The notes below the pieces were generated by a model, which worked only from the letters and a program-made list of their open reading frames with translations, was not told the origin of the DNA and did no database searches. DNA of 64,000 bases from Vicinamibacteria bacterium (GTDB taxonomy: Bacteria > Acidobacteriota > Vicinamibacteria > Marinacidobacterales > Marinacidobacteraceae). Of the stretch, positions 57,653 to 64,000 are shown in pieces. The position numbers and the translations under genes were made by a program. The stretch lies in contig OZ241322.1 in NCBI GenBank assembly GCA_965199715.1, positions 2,240,001 through 2,304,000 of the forward strand, in the 5' to 3' direction. Every line of letters starts with the position of its first letter. Positions within the stretch are counted from its first letter, which is position 1.

Positions 57653-60055
57653 CTACGGCGCCGGTTCCAGCATCAGCCGGTGCTCGGTCACCGATTCCAC
57701 GCGCCCCCGGGTGTACGCCAGCGGGAAGTACTGGTTGCGCACCCAGAGGTCGAACAGGTCGCGGTAGTGGGGGTTCATCGGATCGCCTGACTGGCCGGGG
57801 GTCGAGGTCGCGATCGAGTTGTCCCAGTCGGACGGGTCGAGGATGACGCGGAAGCTGCCGCCGGAGCGCTGGTTGTCGCCGCCGCCGGTGTTGTTCACGG
57901 TGGACTCGTAGCCGCCCCGGGGGTAGGGGCCGACCTCGAGCAACTGCCGGGTCTCCTCGTCCACCGCGTCCGCCATGTAGTGCGTGATGTGGACGTGCTT
58001 CATGTTTTCCTGCCCGTAGCGCCAGTTCGCCATGTCGGTTCCGAGCCGCTCCTCGACGTCCTGGACGCCGTCGGCGAGCGCCTTGACCAGCAGCGCGTCC
58101 CGGGCGTTGATGGGATCGTTCCCGAACCGGCCGTCGGGGGCCATCAGGTGGTCGAGCATCCGCTTCTTGTTCACCCGAGAGACGTAATCCCGCGCCGCTT
58201 CCGGGATGTACAGCTCGCCGACCGCTTCCGACACGCGCCGCTCGAAGTGCAGGTAGATCGTGGCCGCGACCGAATCCATTCCCATCACGAAGTCCCAATC
58301 CTTGAGCAGCGTCAGCGCCGGGCTCTCGGGCGGCTCGGCGAGCAGCAGCAGCGGCACGAGGTTGCGCGCCACGACGCTGAGCTCGTCGTGCTGGTAGGCC
58401 ATCATGTCCTGGACGGTCATGCGCCGCCCGTCGCGCATCAGCTCGTCCACCCGCAGGCCCCGCATCTCGTCGCCCCACGTGAAGTGGAGCGCCTCGGGGT
58501 GCGGATAGTCCGACTGGACCGCCGGCGCCATCAGGTTGTTCGCGGTGCCCCAGAAGCCTTTCTCCGGGTTCTTCACCGAGGGCAGCGCCTTGATCGGGAG
58601 CAGGCCCGACCACTCGTAGCGCCCGTCGCCGGGAACCGGCACGAGGCCGCTCCAGTTCGCGTTGCGGATCGGCGACACGCCCACCGCCTGGTAGCCGATG
58701 TTGCCCTTGACGTCGCCCCAGATCATGTTCTCGGCCGGGATGCCGCTGTAGGCGCACGCCTCGACGAACTCCTCCCAGGTGCGCGCCTGGTCCATGCGCA
58801 GGCTGGCGAGATAGGGAGAGTTGCCGATCTCGAGCCAGGCGGCGTTGAGCGCGTACGCCTTGTGGTTCTCGCCGTCCTCGTGGAGCACCGGCCCGTGGCG
58901 GGTGTACTTGAGCGTCGCGACGTGGTCGGCCTGTCCCTTCACCCGGATCGTTTCCGTCCGGATCGTCATCGCTTCCCACTCGCCGAGGTAGCGGTACTCG
59001 TGGGGGTTCTCCGGGTTCGTGTCATAGACCATCAGGTCCTCGTTGTCCTGCCCGAAGACGGTCAGGCCCCACCCGCCGTATTCGTTGTGCCCGATGGAGA
59101 GGCCGGGCAGCACCGGCTCGCCGCCCCCGATCACGTTCCATCCCGGCCCCTTGATGTGGACGAAGTACCGGAGCGACGGCGCCACGATGGTGCGATGCGG
59201 GTCGTTGACGATCAGCGGGAGTCCGGTCCAGGTGCGTTCGCCGCCGACGACCCAGTTGTTGCTGCCGATGTGCTCGCCGAGATCCACGAGCCGCAGCTCG
59301 GAGGGGAACTCCTCGAGCAGCGCCAGCCGCTCGGCGTCCCGGTTGCGGTACTCGGCGGCGATCTGGTCCGGGCTGAAGGTGACCGGTCCCCGGAAGGCCC
59401 GGTAGACGTCGAGGATCTCGGGCTTCAGCAGCGAGCCGTCGATCGCCGGATCCAGCGCGAGCTGCGGCGTCCCCGGCCGATACCAGTCCACGCCCATCAT
59501 CGCCTCGGGGCCGACCGCCGCCACCGCCATCCCGATGTTGAGCTCGCTCGTGACGTTCGAGAGCAGCCCCTGATGCCGGGAGATGACGTCCTTTTCGGTC
59601 CACGGTTCGGGAAGGATCCCGAGCAGCCGGAACTCCAGCGGCAGCGAGTCCGGATCCTGCCGCGCCCGCTCCACGGCGGCGTTGATCCCCCGCACGAACG
59701 CCGGGATGATCTTGTCGCCCCTCTCGTGGTACCAGCGCATCTCCTCGCCCATGTCCTTGCGGAACTGGTGGAGCCTCGTCCCGATGTCGCGCTGGAGCTC
59801 GCCCGGGCCGAGGATCTCGGCGACCGTGCCCGTGGCCTGCCGGCGCCACATCTCGAACTGGAAGAGCCGGTTCTCCGCCGCTCGGTAGCCCTGCGCGAAG
59901 AAGAGGTCGTCCTCGGTCTCCGCGTAGATGTGGTCCACTCCCCAGCGATCCACGAGCACCTCCACCGCCCGCTCCAGCCCGGCGACGGCGCGGGTCTCGT
60001 CCTGGGCGAGCCCCGGAGCGGCGAGAAGGATCAGCGCGGCGAGGAATCGGGTCAT
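57653..60055 (-). CDS. Penicillin acylase family (S45) Ntn-hydrolase
   Basis: Signal peptide, DRWGVDHIYA, RLFQ, GSNNW autocleavage site, NDPH, TRHGP and TANN; AAGGAG RBS. Confidence 0.9.
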   Translation of the reverse strand: MTRFLAALILLAAPGLAQDETRAVAGLERAVEVLVDRWGVDHIYAETEDDLFFAQGYRAAENRLFQFEMWRRQATGTVAEILGPGELQRDIGTRLHQFRKDMGEEMRWYHERGDKIIPAFVRGINAAVERARQDPDSLPLEFRLLGILPEPWTEKDVISRHQGLLSNVTSELNIGMAVAAVGPEAMMGVDWYRPGTPQLALDPAIDGSLLKPEILDVYRAFRGPVTFSPDQIAAEYRNRDAERLALLEEFPSELRLVDLGEHIGSNNWVVGGERTWTGLPLIVNDPHRTIVAPSLRYFVHIKGPGWNVIGGGEPVLPGLSIGHNEYGGWGLTVFGQDNEDLMVYDTNPENPHEYRYLGEWEAMTIRTETIRVKGQADHVATLKYTRHGPVLHEDGENHKAYALNAAWLEIGNSPYLASLRMDQARTWEEFVEACAYSGIPAENMIWGDVKGNIGYQAVGVSPIRNANWSGLVPVPGDGRYEWSGLLPIKALPSVKNPEKGFWGTANNLMAPAVQSDYPHPEALHFTWGDEMRGLRVDELMRDGRRMTVQDMMAYQHDELSVVARNLVPLLLLAEPPESPALTLLKDWDFVMGMDSVAATIYLHFERRVSEAVGELYIPEAARDYVSRVNKKRMLDHLMAPDGRFGNDPINARDALLVKALADGVQDVEERLGTDMANWRYGQENMKHVHITHYMADAVDEETRQLLEVGPYPRGGYESTVNNTGGGDNQRSGGSFRVILDPSDWDNSIATSTPGQSGDPMNPHYRDLFDLWVRNQYFPLAYTRGRVESVTEHRLMLEPAP

Positions 60056-60105
60056 GGGACGCTCCTTCGGGGACTCGATCATACCGGCTGATAATTTCCA
60101 CGCCG

Positions 60106-61293
60106 ATGAACCGGCTCCCTTCGCTCGGGACCCTCATGCTGGCCGGGATGCTGGCCGGCGGAGCCGCCGGGCTTCTCGTCGGCGAGGCCGCGACCTCGGT
60201 CCATTTCCTGGGCGACGCGTTCATCCGCCTCCTGATGCTGGCGGCGATCCCGCTGGTGTTCTGCAACATCGCGCTGGCGATCGCCGCCGCCCGGCCCGCC
60301 GGCGGCCTCGGCCGCCTCGCGCTCGGGATCCTCGCCTTCTTCGGCCTCACCTCGTTCGCCGCGCACCTAGTCTCGTTCGCGTCGCTCGGGCTGATCCGCC
60401 CCGGCGACGGGTTTCCGGGGTACGCCGCCGACTCCGCGCCCGCGGTTCCCGCCGCGGCCGAATTCCTTTCGGCGCTCGTGCCCGGCAACGCGGTCGGCGT
60501 GTTCGCGAACGGGCAGGTGACCGCGATCCTTGTCCTCGGCCTGATGCTCGGCGCGGCGACCCGCGCGCTCGAGGACGAGCACCGCGACCGCGTCGTCGCC
60601 TTCCTGCGGACCGGGGCGGAGCTCTTCCGCAAGCTCGCCACCGGGGTCATGTGGTACGGCCCGATCGGCGTCGCCGCGCTGTCGGCTTCGTCGCTCGGCG
60701 AGTACGGGCAAGCCGTCTTCGGGCCGCTCGGCCTCTACATCGTCGCGATCTGGACGGCCGAACTCGGGATGCTCGGCGGGTATCTCCTGATCCTGCGGGT
60801 CTTCTCGAACGCCTCGCCGATCCGGTTCCTGCGCCAGACCGCGACCGTCTGGACGACGACGATCTCGACCTGCTCCAGCCTCGCGAGCCTGGGAGCCTCG
60901 TTCCAGGCCGCCACCCGCATGCGCCTGCCGGCGCCGGTCACCTCGTTCACGCTTCCGCTCGGCGCCCAGCTCAACAAGGACGGAAGCTCGATCCTCCTGG
61001 CCGGGATCGTCCTGTTCACGGCGCAGGCGTCCGGGGTCTCGCTGGACCTGCCGCAACTCGCGCTCGTGACCGCCATCGGCGTGCTGCTGTCGGCCTCGGC
61101 GCCGGGGATCCCGAACGGCGGCGTCGTGAACCAGCTTCTGCTGCTGCAGGTGGTCGGCCTGCCGCTCGACGTCGCGGTGCTCGTGGCCGGCGTGTACCGA
61201 CTCGTCGATATGCCCACGACGACCCTGAACATCGTCGGGGACCTCGTCGGCTCCACCGTGATGGCTTCGCGCGAACGTGCCGGAATCGGTTGA
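60106..61293 (+). CDS. Dicarboxylate/amino acid:cation symporter (DAACS)
   Basis: FIRLL..PLVF, TCSSLASL, LPLGAQLNKDG and TTLNIVGD motifs. Confidence 0.88.
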   Translation: MNRLPSLGTLMLAGMLAGGAAGLLVGEAATSVHFLGDAFIRLLMLAAIPLVFCNIALAIAAARPAGGLGRLALGILAFFGLTSFAAHLVSFASLGLIRPGDGFPGYAADSAPAVPAAAEFLSALVPGNAVGVFANGQVTAILVLGLMLGAATRALEDEHRDRVVAFLRTGAELFRKLATGVMWYGPIGVAALSASSLGEYGQAVFGPLGLYIVAIWTAELGMLGGYLLILRVFSNASPIRFLRQTATVWTTTISTCSSLASLGASFQAATRMRLPAPVTSFTLPLGAQLNKDGSSILLAGIVLFTAQASGVSLDLPQLALVTAIGVLLSASAPGIPNGGVVNQLLLLQVVGLPLDVAVLVAGVYRLVDMPTTTLNIVGDLVGSTVMASRERAGIG

Positions 61294-62467
61294 GCGCGCC
61301 CGGGCGCTGTTCCCGGGGGCCGCGCGGCGGCCGTACCTGAACGTCGCGGTCCGCAGCCTGCTCGCCGCTCCGGTGCGCGCCGCGGTGGACCGGTTCCTCG
61401 ACGCCGCGGCGTACGGCGGGCCGGACAAGCCGGGACTCTTCGCCGTCGTCGAGCGCGGGCGCGCCGCGTTCGCCGACTGGATCGGCGCCGGGGCGGACGA
61501 GGTGGCGTGGACCCGCAACGTGACCGACGGGCTGAACCTCTTTCTCGGGTCGCTCGAGTGGGCGCCGGGCGACGAGGTCGTCCTCTGCCCCGATCTGGAG
61601 CACCCCGCGAACGTGCTTCCGTGGCGGAACCTCGCGGCGCGCCGCGGGGTCCGCCTTCGGGAGATTCCCGCGGACGGCGGGCGCATGCCGGTCGAGCGGA
61701 TGGCCGACGCGGTGGGGCCGCGGACGCGAGTGATCGCCGCGGCGACGATCTCGTTCAGCCCGGGTTTCGTGACCGACCTCGCCCCGCTCAAGGAGGCGCG
61801 CCGGGGCCGCGACGCGCTGCTCGTGATGGACGCGGCGCAGTCGGTGGGAGCGCTGCGGACCGACGTGGACGAGCTCGGGGCCGACGCGCTCGCGGTCGCG
61901 ACCCAGAAGGCGCTCGCCGGCTTCTACGGCGCGGGATTCCTCTACGTGCGCCGTGAGGTCGCCGAGTCGGTCGCGCCGCCCGCGCTCGGGCGCTTCGGCG
62001 TCCAAGCCGAGGGCGGCGAGACGGCCGTGCCCGAGAACGGGCTTCCGTACGCCGCCGGGGCGCGGCGGTTCGATCTCGGAAACTACAACTTCATCGGAGC
62101 GATCGCCGCGGACGCCGCGCTCGCCCTGCTGGCCCGATTCGGGGCCGGGGCCATCGAGAGCCGCGTCCGCGGCCTCGCGCTGGACCTCGCGGAGGGCTTG
62201 CTCGAACTCGGGCTCCCGGTGGCCGGGGGCCCGCCCGGCGACCATCTCGGACACCTCGTGTGCGTCGGGCCTGCGGGCGAGGGCTCCCTCGACGGGGCGG
62301 ACGATCCGCTCGTTCGGGAGTTCGCCCGGCGGCTCGAGGCGGCGGACGTCGCGTGCTCGATCCGTCGGGGGGTGGTCCGGTTCTCGCCGCACCTGTACAA
62401 CGACGCGGGGGACGTCGGGCGGGCGCTCGAGGTCGCGTCCGGGCTCGTCCGGCGGAGCTCGAAGTAA
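61277..62467 (+). CDS. Class V PLP-dependent aminotransferase
   Basis: YLNVA, EHPAN, MDAAQSVG, TQKAL and RFSPHLYN motifs. Confidence 0.85.
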   Translation: MPESVERARALFPGAARRPYLNVAVRSLLAAPVRAAVDRFLDAAAYGGPDKPGLFAVVERGRAAFADWIGAGADEVAWTRNVTDGLNLFLGSLEWAPGDEVVLCPDLEHPANVLPWRNLAARRGVRLREIPADGGRMPVERMADAVGPRTRVIAAATISFSPGFVTDLAPLKEARRGRDALLVMDAAQSVGALRTDVDELGADALAVATQKALAGFYGAGFLYVRREVAESVAPPALGRFGVQAEGGETAVPENGLPYAAGARRFDLGNYNFIGAIAADAALALLARFGAGAIESRVRGLALDLAEGLLELGLPVAGGPPGDHLGHLVCVGPAGEGSLDGADDPLVREFARRLEAADVACSIRRGVVRFSPHLYNDAGDVGRALEVASGLVRRSSK

Positions 62468-62876
62468 GTCGCGAACGAAGTTTGGGCGGAGCGGGTTCCG
62501 GTACTATCCGCAATGCGTCCACTATTGACGCACTCGCCTGCGTCCGCGCGGCGCGCCGACCCGCCGTAAGGGCGTCAGGAGGTCACCGCATTGCGAGCAG
62601 CGCGCACGGTCGGATCGCGGACCGGCCCGTCGTGGAAACGTCCCTCCAACTGGTGGAACGAGCCCGCCGATCCGTACCACAGCCGCGCGGCGTCGCGAGT
62701 CTCGAGCCGGTCCCGGAGTCGCTGGCCGATCTGGGATCTGCTGATGCGGGGGTTGCGCATCCGCCGCTTCCGCTGGTTCGTCGAGAAGTCGCCGCGCCGG
62801 CACGCGCGCCCGAAGCCCGGGGCGCGGTACGAGCGGTACGTCGCGGCCCACTCCGGGCAGGAGGAGTGACCGCGGG

Positions 62877-63907
62877 TCAGGCGGCGTAGCCGCGAAGGTC
62901 GGCCTCGACCTCGGCGAGGGGGCGGTCCAGCAGTTGGGCGGCCCGGATCGGCGCGATCAGATCCTCCCCGACGGCGCGCCAGACGAGCCGCTCGAACCGC
63001 TGCGGTCGTTCCTCCCGGGCGAGGCGATCGTCCAAGCCGATCGGCTCGGCCTGCTCGACGGGCCACGGGCGGGCGTAGGTGCGGAAGGCGCGGTCCACCG
63101 CGGCCCGCGAGGGGACGCCGACCTGCCCCAGGCAGACCAGCAGGGCCGCCGCGGGGACCCCGCAGAGCCGCTTCAGGCGCATGAGTTCGGGGACACCGAA
63201 TCCGGTGCGGCGCGGACCGACGTCCCGCCGCTGGCGCCCCCCGGGCGTCAGGAAGGCCGCGGGGAATCGGTCCGCCGCCTGCCCGGACGCGGTCTCGAGC
63301 GCGCGGCGTCCGAGCTCGCGGGCGAGGTGGAACCGTTTCCGTTCGACGCCGCTGCGACCGGAGACCAGCGCCAGCGGAACCACCCGGCAGGAGTCCGAGA
63401 GTCGGGCCTCCCCGGTTAGCGCGTGGACGTTGTCCGGCAGGTGCGCCTCGATCACCCTCACGTCGCGATCCTCGAGAAGGCGCGTCATGCTCGGAATCGG
63501 GCGATTCCCGAGCGTGCCGCAGCCGGTCCGCGACCTCTTCGATGGAGCCGCCGCCGGCGAGCCGTTCGGCCAAGCGCGGAAACGGATCGCCGGGGTCCGG
63601 GATCTCCAGGATCGCTTCGATCGCCAGATGCGCCTCGAGCCGTTCGGTGGCGACCGTTTCCACGCGCGCCCGATCCCGAACCGAAGCGCGCGAGCGGAAT
63701 TCAATCCCCTCCAGCGCGGTGACCCAGGTTCCCATCAGGAAGTCGAGCGAGACGTCGAGCGCACGTCCGAGGCTGACGAGCACGGCCGCGGAAGGGAGCA
63801 TCTTCCCGTTCTCGTACCGGCTGAGGGTCTTGGCGCTCACCGGCGGCGAGATTGCGAAGCGAGAGGCCCGCTTTCTTCCGCGCCAGCTTCAACCGTTGGT
63901 CGAACAC
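62877..63907 (-). pseudogene. XRE-HTH + ImmA/IrrE metallopeptidase fusion, doubly frameshifted
   Basis: VFDQRLKLARKKAGLSLRNLA / VSAKTLSRYENGKMLPS...LDFL / LGNRPIPSM..RKRFHLARELGR..PQRFERLVWRA in three frames (shifts near 63843 and 63515). HExxH has decayed to RELGR. Confidence 0.78.
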
Positions 63908-64000
63908 TCCCCGAGCCTCTTCGGAGGCGGCCAACTCAGCTCGTGAGCCCCGAGGCGGGCGCGAGGGGCCCCGTGCGACGCCGGAGCCTTTCCGATACCG

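Noticed and set aside
61277-62467. Class V aminotransferase as a second DndA-like desulfurase of the island
   Set aside because: It lacks the SSGSAC/RxGHHC catalytic loop, has host-like composition, and is coupled to a DAACS transporter outside the island.
63915-63928. GCCTC-TTCG-GAGGC hairpin as a terminator or ncRNA
   Set aside because: It has only a 5-bp stem and no U-tract, and the context is cut by the window edge.
1-64000. CRISPR arrays, tRNA/rRNA, IS elements, retron or other ncRNA
   Set aside because: Intergenic spaces are very short. No regularly spaced repeats, RNA-gene signatures, transposase, integrase or reverse-transcriptase motifs were seen by eye, though a covariance-model search was not possible.

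Overview
High-GC bacterial chromosomal window (roughly 70-75% GC by eye). It carries mostly metabolic, peptidase and transport genes: leuD, tag, two N-acyl-D-amino-acid deacylases, glpK, an ABC importer, ilvD, mscS, panE, a sulfurtransferase, ddl, MATE, oligopeptidase B, addBA-like genes and a penicillin-acylase-family gene. Two defence-type insertions interrupt this backbone. (1) 13064-16261 holds a chimeric Mrr remnant plus an MmeI-family Type IIL restriction-modification gene that is frameshifted at a C10 tract. (2) About 40840-57650 is a visibly lower-GC island directly downstream of addA. It has a decayed HEPN-like gene and a ParA-like ATPase on the + strand, and an apparently intact, tightly coupled 11-gene operon on the - strand: PAPS-reductase-like PP-loop protein, cysteine desulfurase, GHKL ATPase, two hypotheticals, dnd-associated methyltransferase, alphaCTD/sigma70-r4/wHTH protein, PLD-SF2 helicase, small protein, CxC coiled-coil ABC ATPase and small protein. 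The last four genes look like the PbeABCD phosphorothioate-dependent effector module. The sulfur-handling front end is not a canonical DndBCDE or SspBCD set, so this is a candidate undescribed DNA sulfur-modification defence system. The PAPS-reductase-like gene is flanked by a 13-bp perfect (about 26-bp imperfect) inverted repeat that contains its own stop codon and the desulfurase start codon, suggesting an invertible switch or a long-range RNA pairing. No rRNA, tRNA, CRISPR array, integrase or transposase was seen. All family calls come from motif recognition, not database searches.
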